Assembly: GCA_050951805.1 (NCBI GenBank)
Contig: JBMNJT010000002.1
Coordinates: 608,001-672,000 of the forward strand
DNA: 64,000 nucleotides
Source: Bacillota bacterium
GTDB lineage: Bacteria; Bacillota; DTU025
Direction: 5' to 3'
The translations under genes were made by a program, and so were the position numbers. Positions 53,101 to 62,267 of this stretch are shown piece after piece (position 1 is the first letter of the stretch; each line of letters opens with the position of its first letter). The notes below the pieces were generated by a model, which was given only the letters and a program-made list of their open reading frames with translations, was not told where the DNA came from and made no database searches.

Positions 53101-54781
53101 AACTGTGAGAGTGCAAATAAACGGGGGCGCGCAATACACAAAGAGCAGAACTGTGCAGTTGGAGATTACTGCTCAGGACGACTCAGGCGGTCCGCTTGAG
53201 ATGAGGATTTGGGATGATAAGTCCTCTTATGGTTCCTGGAGGGCGTATTCTGACAGGGTTACCTGGGAGCTTACCACGGGCGATGGCAGGAGGACCGTCT
53301 ATGTGAAGGTCAGAGATGCAGCGGGAAACGAAGCCCAAGCGCAGGCTGTAATAACCCTCGATACGGAGCCCCCTATAATCAGGTCGGTGCAGACAAAGAA
53401 CATCGGACCGGATTCTGCTGTTATAACATGGAGCACTGACGAGAACTCCGATTCCTGGGTGTATTACGGCACATACAGCCCGAACTTGGTTATGGGCCAG
53501 TATGACTTCGTGACGAGCCATTCGGTCGCCCTGTACGGCTTAAGCCCCAACACTGACTACTACTTCAGGGTTCGTTCCGCCGATGCCGCAGGAAATATGG
53601 CGGAGTCCTCCACGCTGACGTTCCGTACGTCTCAGCTTGGCGACAGGAATCCGCCAACAGGCAGCATTGCGATAAACAATGGGGCTCAGTATACGCGCTA
53701 TTATGACGTAACGCTCTCGATAGCTGCAAAAGACGACTCGCCGGGTCCAATCGAGATGCGCCTGCGTGAGGGCAGCGGGAACTGGACCGGGTGGATGCAG
53801 TTCCAACAGGCGATGACATACAGGCTAAGTCCTGGTGATGGGAACAAGACAGTCTATGTCGAGTTTCGCGACATCTATGGGAATCAGAGCAGGACATACT
53901 CTGCGTCGATAACCTTGGATACTCGTCCTCCGAAGATAACTAACGTACGGACGGCGAATATTACTGCAAATTCGGCTACGATAACATGGAACACCGATGA
54001 ACCTGCTACTTCAACCATTGAATATGGCTTGACGGGCACGACCATGAAGGATGCCGCAGGCGACAAATCCGTGTCGAGTTCGGAGGCGTCGAGCCCTGCA
54101 GGAGATGTGGGCGCTAGATCGGTAATAATCACTCCTGTTGTGCCTTCGGGGTCTCTTAAGACTAGCCATAGCGTGACATTGACTGGTCTTCGCGATAACA
54201 CGACATACTACTATCAGGTAGTATCGAAGGACGCTGCAGGAAACGTTTCGGTGGCTTCAGGGTTCTCGTTTACTACGGGGTCTGTGGCGCCACCGCCGCC
54301 AATCGGGACGGTCAACGTGAACTGGGCAGCTGCGGCCAATGGAGGGCGGGCTAGCGCGTCGAGCTATGCGCCGGCTAGCTCAGATGGACCGGCAAGACCT
54401 GCTTCTATGGCTATTGATGGCAATATGAAGACATATTGGGAAGCTTCCGGGCCAATTACCGGCGGCAAGACAGAATGGCTCGAAGTTGAGTTCTCGGCCT
54501 CGCGGGTGATCAATACCATAAGAACGAGCAGTGATGTAGGTAACTACCCGTATTCCATGACTGTGGAGGTCGAAGAGAACGGACGCTGGATTGTAGTTGG
54601 GTCATTTACAAAACCGTCTGAATACCAGAAGTACATGAAGCGGTCTGGAGACGTGGTGTCATTCGAGTTTCAGTTTACAGCTATGAGCGTGTCGAAGGTT
54701 AGGTTCGTTGTTGCTAGGGTATCAAATCCCTTGAATGCTCTTCAGTTCTACGAAGTGGAGGCTTTTAACACGGGCCGCTAG
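50165..54781 (+). CDS. Large secreted TPR + fibronectin-III repeat + discoidin (F5/8 type C) protein
   Basis: Signal peptide and TPR array. FN3-like 'ITWTTDEPA...HSVTL..L...TTYYY' six times. 'INDGA.YT' Ig-like units. C-terminal 'AIDGNMKTYW...WLEVEF'. Confidence 0.9.
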   Translation: MKSKRKVLFIFASLALVLFVGTLVSTSSQAQISAYDYILRGEQYLAQGAANEAIGQFEQAIYIEPTNTRAHFGLGCAYEMRSKAARVFNYRMELFTEPDPVRKLGFPPLSEQGYQDVERAIQAYSKAALYSPPYAEGHYRQGVLHFISGRPGDAKVALERAVAQDRTAVDPAVLLAYIYLEEGNIQAATAQIDRIISATGDRFNPVILGLSAVLEYRSGRYDQAEQLLLQATSRSGAPAYLYKRLGDAMAARGLHTQALDAYRQAVQRDPESILANDAIGNIYRLSGQSAQAVQCYSAAASANPNLVRARYGLGSALLESGSYAQALQTFSELVDALPTYGSDNALLLKGIAQWKTGNANAALATVNHALGINAENRIAAIYKERIEREMGGYGVSPLGAQPKSIVAEGSKPDKPFSGIVINDGAEYTNSRTVRLAVYSDYSTVAFSNDNSTWSSWFSKPEPYGEFTWELTPGDGTKRVYVKFRGLFGIGIPGESGTIVLDSTPPVATARLEGMQTGGYGGYDGRTRVVLSANDPTGIVGFWMSYDGNDWRWFDWYGSDFAISLPAGVGATPRVRFSVVDGAGNHASIEAVMTAPPSLDTQPPRIYGIQVTRGPLDSAIITWTTDEPADSYVEYWAYGVPQNRVGTSMLATSHSVTLSNLRAGTTYYYRVISTDAAGNRGQSQDLTLVIQPVDTTPPVISRIEARATGLDSVSITWTTDEPADSYVEYWAYGVPQNRVGTSMLATSHSVTLSNLRAGTTYYYRVISTDAAGNRGQSQDLTLVIQPVDTTPPVISRIEAKATGLDSVSITWTTDEPADSYVEYWAYGVPQNRVGTSMLATSHSVTLSNLRAGTTYYYRVISTDAAGNRGQSQDLTLVIQPVDTTPPVISRIEAKATGLDSVSITWTTDEPADSYVEYWAYGVPQNRVGTSVLSTYHAVTLSNLRSGVTYYYTVTSTDAAGNRARSSEMSLRIQPPDTTPPTVRVQINGGAQYTKSRTVQLEITAQDDSGGPLEMRIWDDKSSYGSWRAYSDRVTWELTTGDGRRTVYVKVRDAAGNEAQAQAVITLDTEPPIIRSVQTKNIGPDSAVITWSTDENSDSWVYYGTYSPNLVMGQYDFVTSHSVALYGLSPNTDYYFRVRSADAAGNMAESSTLTFRTSQLGDRNPPTGSIAINNGAQYTRYYDVTLSIAAKDDSPGPIEMRLREGSGNWTGWMQFQQAMTYRLSPGDGNKTVYVEFRDIYGNQSRTYSASITLDTRPPKITNVRTANITANSATITWNTDEPATSTIEYGLTGTTMKDAAGDKSVSSSEASSPAGDVGARSVIITPVVPSGSLKTSHSVTLTGLRDNTTYYYQVVSKDAAGNVSVASGFSFTTGSVAPPPPIGTVNVNWAAAANGGRASASSYAPASSDGPARPASMAIDGNMKTYWEASGPITGGKTEWLEVEFSASRVINTIRTSSDVGNYPYSMTVEVEENGRWIVVGSFTKPSEYQKYMKRSGDVVSFEFQFTAMSVSKVRFVVARVSNPLNALQFYEVEAFNTGR
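52022..52951 (+). repeat. Intragenic 282-bp tandem repeat, ~3.3 near-identical units
   Basis: ATCACATGGACCACCGATGAGCCGG begins at 52022, 52304, 52586 and 52868. Confidence 0.97.
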
Positions 54782-54863
54782 CGAAGACCGAGTTGGACAT
54801 AATTGGCGACAACTGCCGCATCCGATCCGGGTGCGGCAGTCGAGCGTCACGGGAGGCGCTAAG

Positions 54864-56249
54864 TTGAGCAGAACCGCATACGACGTGATCATAGTAGGTG
54901 CTGGCCCGGCAGGCATATTTGCCGGCATGGAGTTGGCTAAGAAATCGAGTCTCAAGATCCTGATGGTAGAGAAGGGACGGGATATAGGGGAGCGTACGTG
55001 TCCTGCTTTGGAGCGGAAGACGAGTTGCGCCAGGTGTGACCCGTGCAACGTGGTCTGCGGCTGGGGCGGGGCTGGGGCATTCAGCGATGGAAAGCTGACT
55101 CTCTCCACAGATGTTGGCGGGATGCTGGAGGCTTATGTCGGCAGCGCTGGGCTGAAGAAGCTCATAGAGGAGGTCGATCGAGTCTACCTGGAGCATGGGG
55201 CGCCGGAAACTGTATGGGGCCTCGAAGAGGAGAAGATTGCGGACCTCCGTGACAGGGCCAAATTGGCTGATCTGACGTTTGTGCCTGCCAGAATACGCCA
55301 TCTTGGCACTGGACGAACAGTTAATATCCTGGAAAGGATGAAAGACGGTCTGGACGGCAGAGTGGACATCGAACTCGATACCAGTGTGAATTCGGTAGTG
55401 GCATCGGAGGGGGTAGTTCGCGGTGTTGAGACATCCGATGGGCGGTTCATAAGCGGCAAATGCGTTATCCTTGCTCCCGGACGCGAAGGTGCCGAATGGC
55501 TCGCCGATCAGGCTCGGCATCTCGGCCTTCGGATGGCCATCAATCCAGTGGACATAGGCGTCAGGGTTGAACTGCCTGCAGTAGTGATGAAGGACATAAC
55601 CGATGTGGTGTATGAATCGAAGTTCATATACTACTCCAAATCCTTCGATGATAAGGTTCGCACTTTCTGCATGTGCCCATATGGCGAAGTGGTGACTGAG
55701 AACAACGACGGTCTGATCACAGTCAACGGGCACAGCTACGCGGAGCGCAAGACGGAGAACACCAATTTCGCTCTGCTTGTTAGCAAGAGCTTTACTGAGC
55801 CATTCAGGGAGCCAATACAATACGGAAAATACGTAGCGGGCCTTGCAAACTTGCTCGCCGGGGGAGTCCTCGTTCAGAGGCTTGGGGATCTGATGGTCGG
55901 CAGGCGTACCACTGAGGAAAGGCTGATGAAAGGTACAGTCACCCCTACCCTCAAGGATGCAACCAGCGGGGATCTGAGCCTTGTTTTTCCATACAGGCAT
56001 CTCGTGGACATCATGGAGATGCTGCAGGCCCTGGACAAAGTGGCGCCAGGGGTTTACTCCCGGAACACCCTGCTTTATGGGGTAGAAGCCAAGTTTTACT
56101 CGAACCGCCTGGAACTTTCGCGCAGCCTTGAGACGGAAATCGGAAATCTCTTTGCAGCCGGGGATGGGGCCGGCGTCACCCGTGGACTGATGCAAGCATC
56201 AGCATCGGGGGTAGTGGCAGCCAGAGAGATTCTATCGCGATTCGAGTAG
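54864..56249 (+). CDS. NAD(P)/FAD-dependent oxidoreductase (COG2509-like) with Cys cluster
   Basis: 'IIVGAGPAG', 'CP...CARCDPC...GWGGAGAFSDGK', 'RTFCMCPYG', 'AGDGAG'. Confidence 0.9.
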   Translation: MSRTAYDVIIVGAGPAGIFAGMELAKKSSLKILMVEKGRDIGERTCPALERKTSCARCDPCNVVCGWGGAGAFSDGKLTLSTDVGGMLEAYVGSAGLKKLIEEVDRVYLEHGAPETVWGLEEEKIADLRDRAKLADLTFVPARIRHLGTGRTVNILERMKDGLDGRVDIELDTSVNSVVASEGVVRGVETSDGRFISGKCVILAPGREGAEWLADQARHLGLRMAINPVDIGVRVELPAVVMKDITDVVYESKFIYYSKSFDDKVRTFCMCPYGEVVTENNDGLITVNGHSYAERKTENTNFALLVSKSFTEPFREPIQYGKYVAGLANLLAGGVLVQRLGDLMVGRRTTEERLMKGTVTPTLKDATSGDLSLVFPYRHLVDIMEMLQALDKVAPGVYSRNTLLYGVEAKFYSNRLELSRSLETEIGNLFAAGDGAGVTRGLMQASASGVVAAREILSRFE

Positions 56250-56367
56250 GACTGGTCTGGCGCTAGGGGCCTTCTGATGGAGAGAGTGGATGTATTCGTG
56301 CGCAGTCTCATCTCATTTTGTGAGCGGGGCATAATAGGTGCAAAAGCGACGAATGGCAGGAATGCAC

Positions 56368-57882
56368 ATGAAGAAACCTGTTCCGCTCCTTTCACGGCCG
56401 GTGCGCCGACCTACTGAACCATCGGTCTCAAAGCGTGATAGCTCGTCTAGCAGCATGGTTCAGAGTCAAGCAGCCTGCTTGGAGAACGCACTTGGCGTTC
56501 CGTCAGACTTGGTAATAAAGCACGTATCGGATAGTATCTGTGTGGTGTTTCTAGAACCCATAGTAGACGGGGCGGCAGTAAGAGAAAGCCTCCTCAAACC
56601 ATTGAGCAAGCTAGAGAGCGATGAGATTCTGGATGCAGTCTCCGTGGGAGCCAAACTTCCGGTTGCCTCCGTGGAGCAAGCACCGAGCCTTGATGATGCG
56701 GTAGAAGGTCTTCTCGACGGAAAGGTGGCTCTCATCGTTGATGGCTGCGTCGCTCCTTTCCTGCTCGATCTGAGGGGCAGGGTAGTCCGACAGATAGAAG
56801 CCCCCGTATCACAGCCGTCAGTCAGGGGTCCTAGGGATTCCTTCAATGAGAGGCTTTATGACAACCTTGCTTTGATCAGGCAAAGAGTCAGAAACCGAAA
56901 TCTGAGAGTTTGGGAAACAGTAGTGGGCAGCGAGACACGGACCCGGGTGGCCATGTGCTACCTTGAGGGCAAAGCTTCAGAGGACGTTGTGGAGGTGGTA
57001 AAGCAGAGGCTATTAGAGATTGATGCCCCCAACGTACTTGACAGCTCCTATCTGCTGCCGTACCTTGCGATGAGAAGATGGATGCTGTTTCCTCCTGCGG
57101 CTGCGACTGAGCGCGCGGATCGGGCGGCGGCGGGCATACTCAACGGCAGAATTGTGGTCATATGCGACAATTCCCCTTTCGTTCTTGTCATGCCCATACA
57201 GCTTCTCGCGCTGTTTCAGGCCAGCGAGGACCATTATAACTTGAGCATACATTCTTTGCTGCTCAGAACCGTGCGGGCGATTGGCTGGTTCGCGGCCACG
57301 ATTGCTCCTGGGGTATATGTGGGCCTTGCGTCGTTCAACCCGGGAATCTTGCCTCCCAATGCGATAATGACTCTGTCCGCGGCAAGGCAAGGCGTTCCGT
57401 ATCCTCCAATCATAGAAGTCTTGATCATGGATATTGCTTTGGAGATGCTCGCCGAAGCCAGCGCTAGGCTCCCCACGTATATCGGAGGAGCGGCGATGGT
57501 AGTTGGAGGGCTTGTGCTAGGAACAGCGGCTGCAGAGGCCAGGCTTGTAAGCACAGTGATGATAGTTGTTGTTGCAGTGACTGCAATCGGCTCTTTTGCT
57601 ATGCCGGATTATCAGAACGAGCTTTCGTGGCGCGCAGCCAAATACCTGTACACGGTTTTCGCTGCTTTCCTCGGCATCTATGGATTGGCGACTGCCGGAT
57701 TCATCATCCTCGTATATCTTTGTTCTATGGACGTCCTTGGAGTATCTTACATGTCTCCGTTTGCTCCCTGGAGGTGGACGGCTATCGCCAAGGATACGAT
57801 GGTGAGGGTGCCCACGCCTCTCGGCATTGAGCTGGAGAAGGTGCAGCGCAAGGAAGAAGCCGAGGGTACTGCCGATGCGTGA
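56368..57882 (+). CDS. gerKA: Spore germination receptor A subunit (GerA/GerKA)
   Basis: 'RGPRDSFNE...NLALIR', 'TERAD', 'RQGVPYP', 'EASARLP', 'GVSYMSP'. Start uncertain. Confidence 0.9.
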   Translation: MKKPVPLLSRPVRRPTEPSVSKRDSSSSSMVQSQAACLENALGVPSDLVIKHVSDSICVVFLEPIVDGAAVRESLLKPLSKLESDEILDAVSVGAKLPVASVEQAPSLDDAVEGLLDGKVALIVDGCVAPFLLDLRGRVVRQIEAPVSQPSVRGPRDSFNERLYDNLALIRQRVRNRNLRVWETVVGSETRTRVAMCYLEGKASEDVVEVVKQRLLEIDAPNVLDSSYLLPYLAMRRWMLFPPAAATERADRAAAGILNGRIVVICDNSPFVLVMPIQLLALFQASEDHYNLSIHSLLLRTVRAIGWFAATIAPGVYVGLASFNPGILPPNAIMTLSAARQGVPYPPIIEVLIMDIALEMLAEASARLPTYIGGAAMVVGGLVLGTAAAEARLVSTVMIVVVAVTAIGSFAMPDYQNELSWRAAKYLYTVFAAFLGIYGLATAGFIILVYLCSMDVLGVSYMSPFAPWRWTAIAKDTMVRVPTPLGIELEKVQRKEEAEGTADA

Positions 57883-58993
57883 AGCATATCTCAGTTGGCC
57901 GGAAGCAGCGTGGCTTGTGATGCAGTATACAATCTGCGCCAACTATCTTGCGCTGCCGCAGATGCTATATCACATGGCGGGGCGTTCAGGTTGGGTGGTG
58001 CCATTTATTGCGATAGCTCCAGCTATGGCCGGTTCGTGGGCAGTCTATCGCTTGCACATGGCCTATCCTAAGCATCGGGTTGGGCAGTTTCTTCCGCAAC
58101 TTGCCGGCAGACATCTTGGGGTTGTCATAGGTCTGATATACTCCTTGTTCTGGTTGAGCGGCGCAGCCATAAACACCATGCTGTTTGCCCACTATATATC
58201 AGCTACCATACTCGGGTTTACCCCGCCTGCAATCCATGCGATCATCAATTCGGGGCTTGCTGTTATGGTAGCGCTATATGGGCTCAAGACTCTGGTCAGG
58301 TTCACTGATGCTCTCTTCTTGCCAATTGTTGTTTTTCTCATCTTCTCGTGGATCTCTCCGTTCCTCGAAGATAAGCTCGATCTGTCGCACCTATTGCCAT
58401 TGCGCGCATCGGAACTGGCAGCTGATCCGTTTGGCCTTATGATAGCTGCGACATCTATGTACCATGGTTACACCGTAATTCTAATTGCAGGGCCTGCGTT
58501 TAACCCGCCCGGACGAAGCGCATTGTTAGCTGCCACGGTTGGCACCCTCCTGGCAGTCCCGGGGTTTGTAACTTTTTCTGCCTATCCCATTGCCGCATTC
58601 GGCTGGCCTTTAGCCGGCGATTTTGCATACCCTGCCGGCTCGTTCCTGGAAGTTCTGGCACCAGGAGGCCAGGGATTCCCGGTCCGGCGTTTCGACTTCA
58701 TCCTAACCATGTTCTTCCGTTTCATCATGATCATCGCATCCATTACTTATTTCTTCAGCGCGGCACAGACATTGAGCGACTTGGTGTCTCCCAAAGCGGA
58801 GAAGATTCATCCTGTACTAGTGCTAGCTTTGGGGGCGTTGATAGGCTTTTCCTTTGTTGTATTGCCAGATCTCAGTTCTCTCTTGGCGTTTGTGCGCATT
58901 TGGCTTGCGCTGGGAGCCATTCTTACTATTGTCACGATTATCTTGGCCGTTCGGTCTTATCTCGCTACGACGCGTGCTGGCGGTGATGAGTAG
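57875..58993 (+). CDS. gerKB: Spore germination receptor B subunit (GerAB/KB permease)
   Basis: Polytopic, 'AGRSGW', 'LGFTP', 'LLPL', 'RFD'. Lies between the A and C subunits. Confidence 0.8.
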   Translation: MREAYLSWPEAAWLVMQYTICANYLALPQMLYHMAGRSGWVVPFIAIAPAMAGSWAVYRLHMAYPKHRVGQFLPQLAGRHLGVVIGLIYSLFWLSGAAINTMLFAHYISATILGFTPPAIHAIINSGLAVMVALYGLKTLVRFTDALFLPIVVFLIFSWISPFLEDKLDLSHLLPLRASELAADPFGLMIAATSMYHGYTVILIAGPAFNPPGRSALLAATVGTLLAVPGFVTFSAYPIAAFGWPLAGDFAYPAGSFLEVLAPGGQGFPVRRFDFILTMFFRFIMIIASITYFFSAAQTLSDLVSPKAEKIHPVLVLALGALIGFSFVVLPDLSSLLAFVRIWLALGAILTIVTIILAVRSYLATTRAGGDE

Positions 58994-60163
58994 GTGAGCT
59001 TACGCAGAATGTCTGCACTCGTATGTGCAGTCATCCTTGTTGCCCTTTTAATGCCTTTTGCATCCGGGTGCTGGGACTCGATTGACATTGAAGACCGCAG
59101 TTTCGTTGCAGTTGCCGCTTTGGAACCTGCTGAAGGTGGCGAAAACAAAGGTGTCTCTGTCAGTATTCTGATCCCAATTCCAGGGGGAGCGCAAGGCGGT
59201 GCTAATGGAGGCGGGAGGGGCAACGGACAGGATAACGCCCCAAAAAGCGTGGTGATCAAGGAGAACGGGCTGTATATAGAGGATGCAGTAGAGAAGATGC
59301 GCGCCAAATTCGGAGGGGTCATAGACTTTTCATCCTTGCAGTTCATTGCCATAGGGAAAGACGTAGATCCTGAAGACATGTGGAAGGGGCTGAGCACGGT
59401 TCTCTTCTTTCGATACGTGCCGCTGACCAGCTTGATATTTGCAACAGAAGACGACATGGGCGAACTCCTTCGTTTATCTCCTGCAAGCGGAAAGAGACTT
59501 GTGGAAGTGCTCAATGGCTTAGAGGCACAGAGCAAGCAGGGGTTGGGGAGTGTTCGTTTCCTCTCCGTATGGCAGGTGATGTCCTTGATCAGAAATGACG
59601 TTGGCGATGTTGTCTTGCCGTTGATCGGTCTCACCGATGGAGGCGATGGAATTGAGGCCCTAGGGACAGCTGTATATGACGGAACAAGGCGAGCAGGAAC
59701 GCTTGGGCCTACAGATTCGATGCTGCTATACGGCATAGCCTGGCGCAAACACTTGGGTGGCACATACACCATGCACTACGAGGGACGGGAATTCATCGTG
59801 AGGATCATACGCATGAAGACCAAAATCCGCATGACAGGCGTCGATGCGAATGGGTTGCCCCGCGTCGGCGTAAAGCTGTCTGTTGCCGCTCGGCTCCTCG
59901 ATTCTGGGGGCTACCGAGTTTCGCTGGTCGATCGGAGCCGATTGAACGATCTTGAGCGCGCCGCTGAGCGCGATCTAGAGGACAGGCTGGAGAGAATTCT
60001 GATGAAGCTCAAAGAGTGGAACTCCGATGCTATGAGGTTATACTATGCACTGAGGCTGAAGACGCCGTATATGTCATATGACGATTTCAAGGGCGTATAT
60101 TCAAAGATGGAGGTCGATTTTGCCGTTTCGATGAGCTTGCGTCGCGCAGGGTTGCTCAAGTGA
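58994..60163 (+). CDS. gerKC: Spore germination receptor C subunit, Ger(x)C lipoprotein
   Basis: Lipobox 'ASG-CWD..DIEDR', 'LGTAVY', 'NSDA'. Confidence 0.88.
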   Translation: MSLRRMSALVCAVILVALLMPFASGCWDSIDIEDRSFVAVAALEPAEGGENKGVSVSILIPIPGGAQGGANGGGRGNGQDNAPKSVVIKENGLYIEDAVEKMRAKFGGVIDFSSLQFIAIGKDVDPEDMWKGLSTVLFFRYVPLTSLIFATEDDMGELLRLSPASGKRLVEVLNGLEAQSKQGLGSVRFLSVWQVMSLIRNDVGDVVLPLIGLTDGGDGIEALGTAVYDGTRRAGTLGPTDSMLLYGIAWRKHLGGTYTMHYEGREFIVRIIRMKTKIRMTGVDANGLPRVGVKLSVAARLLDSGGYRVSLVDRSRLNDLERAAERDLEDRLERILMKLKEWNSDAMRLYYALRLKTPYMSYDDFKGVYSKMEVDFAVSMSLRRAGLLK

Positions 60164-60225
60164 GCGGCGGAAATGCCGTGCCTGAGCAGAGCAATGGACA
60201 TGCGTTATGCGAGTGGATTTTTCGC

Positions 60226-60255
60226 TTGACGCCGATATCCCTTCCACGTTATACT
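60226..60255 (+). promoter_or_regulatory. sigma-A promoter upstream of leader ORF/ABC operon
   Basis: TTGACG-N18-TATACT. Confidence 0.65.
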
Positions 60256-60304
60256 TACCATGTTTGATTATCCCAACCGTGAGATCAGAAAGGAGGCCGA
60301 ACCG

Positions 60305-60421
60305 ATGACGAAAATCAGGCAGATCATCACCGCGTGTTCGGGAAACGGAGTTCGTCTTGTTTCATGGGTTACTATGCCTAATTCTGTTTATATCGGGTCG
60401 GCTCGTCTGAGGGTAGGATAA
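60305..60421 (+). CDS. Putative 38-aa leader/small peptide MTKIRQIITACSGNGVRLVSWVTMPNSVYIGSARLRVG
   Basis: Near-perfect RBS AGAAAGGAGG 8 nt before ATG. Below the ORF-track cutoff. Confidence 0.6.
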   Translation: MTKIRQIITACSGNGVRLVSWVTMPNSVYIGSARLRVG

Positions 60422-60441
60422 TGCGCTATTGACGCATTTAC

Positions 60442-60473
60442 AGGCCGCGGGCGTGCAAAGCCCGCGGCCTTTT
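60442..60473 (+). terminator. Intrinsic terminator in leader of ABC operon
   Basis: AGGCCGCGGGC-GTGCAAA-GCCCGCGGCCT followed by TTT. Confidence 0.85.
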
Positions 60474-60574
60474 AACGTTTAGCCTGCATTGCGCTTGGCC
60501 GCGAAGCTTGCAGCCAATTGGCGCCCAGCCTAACTATCCTGTAGTCGAGTCAGCATCTTAAGGAGGTTATTGAC

Positions 60575-61450
60575 GTGACTGCAGCGATTCAGTGCAATCA
60601 CGCATCCAAGAGCTTCAGGGAATCCGTGCGCAATACTGAAAACGCAGGTTCAGACCATAATGGCCAGCGGGCGCTTGGGCGGATCGTTGACTTTGTCATG
60701 CCTTCCAGGGTGACTGTTGAGGCAGTGAAGGATGTGTCCTTCGAGGTTGAACGCGGCGAGATATTTGGCATCCTAGGGCCCAACGGTTCAGGAAAATCCA
60801 CTCTCATCCGGATGATATCGACATTGCTCATACCCGATTCCGGCACAGTCCGCGTTTTTGGCAGGGATGTTGTTGCAGACAGACTCGAAGTGCGCCGGTA
60901 CATCAATCGCGTTTCGGTAGAAGCGGCATTTTTCAAGAAGCTGTCCGCCATGGAGAATCTCGAATATGCCGCAAGGCTCTATGGGCTCGAACCTAGGGAA
61001 GGGTTGCGCAGGGCCAGAGAGATCCTAGCGCGGTTGGGGTTTCCCGACAGCAAGGTCAATGTGTCGTTGGAGAATCTGTCCCGCGGGATGCAGCAGAAAG
61101 TGGCTATAGCTAGAGCATTGATGACTGCTCCCGTGGCATTGCTTCTCGATGAACCCACGACAGGGCTCGATCCGGTGTCAAAACGGGACGTTCAGGATTT
61201 CGTGCTCGAGGTCTGCAATACCCATGACACAACGGTCATACTCACCACCCACGACATGGAGGAGGCTGATAGGTTGTGTGACCGAATAGCCGTCATCAAC
61301 AACGGGGAGTTCGTTGCGGTGGACAGCCCGGAAAACCTGAAGGATAGATATGCCAATGGAAACGGACATCTTCCCACTCTGGAGGAGATTTTCTTTCGAT
61401 TGACCGGAAGGAGTCCAGATGAATGGGAGATAGAGGGAGATGATCAGTAA
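60575..61450 (+). CDS. ABC-2/DrrA-type exporter ATP-binding subunit
   Basis: 'GPNGSGKST', 'LSRGMQQK', 'LLLDEPTTGLDP', 'LTTHDMEEA'. Confidence 0.95.
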   Translation: MTAAIQCNHASKSFRESVRNTENAGSDHNGQRALGRIVDFVMPSRVTVEAVKDVSFEVERGEIFGILGPNGSGKSTLIRMISTLLIPDSGTVRVFGRDVVADRLEVRRYINRVSVEAAFFKKLSAMENLEYAARLYGLEPREGLRRAREILARLGFPDSKVNVSLENLSRGMQQKVAIARALMTAPVALLLDEPTTGLDPVSKRDVQDFVLEVCNTHDTTVILTTHDMEEADRLCDRIAVINNGEFVAVDSPENLKDRYANGNGHLPTLEEIFFRLTGRSPDEWEIEGDDQ

Positions 61451-62267
61451 TATGCAGCCTGGATCTGTGGCTGACTACATAAAATCCGGATATGCATTGG
61501 TGCAGCGGAACTACAACCTGATCAAGCACGAGATGGGCTGGGAGGTTGTGAATGCCATCTACCAGGTTGTGAGCGCCCTTACGATAGGATTCATCGGTGT
61601 GAGCGGGCCTCCCGAGGGAATGAATGAACGGGTGCTCTTCCTCGTGTCGGGCGCGTTGCTATGGGGCTTTCTTTCCATCCTTTTTCACGAGGTTGCAGAG
61701 TCAGTCGCCTGGGAGAGGTGGGAAGGCACCATCGAGTATTCGTTCATGGCCCCGCAACCGAGGGGCGTGTACATGTTTGGCGTTTGCATGTGGGGAATGC
61801 TGTATGGGCTGGTGCGCGTAGTGATATGCCTGACAGCGGTCACCCTTGCGTTCAATATTTCGCTTGCAGGGGCTAACCTAGGGGCGGCTTTCGTCACGCT
61901 TGCCGCGTCGAGCCTTGCCTTCATAGGGATGGGGCTGGCTGCAGCCGTGTTGCCTCTGATATCCCCGGAAAAGGGCTCACAGGCGACTCACATCTTTCAG
62001 GCCGTGGTGCTGTTAGTGTCGGGAGTATATTACGACATAGAGGTTTTGCCTGCATGGGTCAGGCCGTTGTCGTATGTATCTCCTGCAACCTACACATTGC
62101 GTGCGGCCAGAGCTGCTCTGCTCGAAGGCGCTAGTGTGAGGACGCTTCTGCCGGACCTTCTCAAACTCGTGATCCTGGGGGCGATCCTTATTCCAGTCGG
62201 GTTTCGGATCTTCTCCATGGGCGAAAACTATGCGATGCGCACGGGCAAGTTGAAAAGAACGGGATAA
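61440..62267 (+). CDS. ABC-2 type permease
   Basis: Six TM, 'ERWEGTIE', 'SGVYY...LPAW...SPATY'. Overlaps the ATPase stop. Confidence 0.92.
   Translation: MISNMQPGSVADYIKSGYALVQRNYNLIKHEMGWEVVNAIYQVVSALTIGFIGVSGPPEGMNERVLFLVSGALLWGFLSILFHEVAESVAWERWEGTIEYSFMAPQPRGVYMFGVCMWGMLYGLVRVVICLTAVTLAFNISLAGANLGAAFVTLAASSLAFIGMGLAAAVLPLISPEKGSQATHIFQAVVLLVSGVYYDIEVLPAWVRPLSYVSPATYTLRAARAALLEGASVRTLLPDLLKLVILGAILIPVGFRIFSMGENYAMRTGKLKRTG

Noticed and set aside
54765-56195. 476-aa minus-strand ORF
   Set aside because: Antisense shadow of the FAD oxidoreductase; no motifs, typical of GC-rich codon bias.
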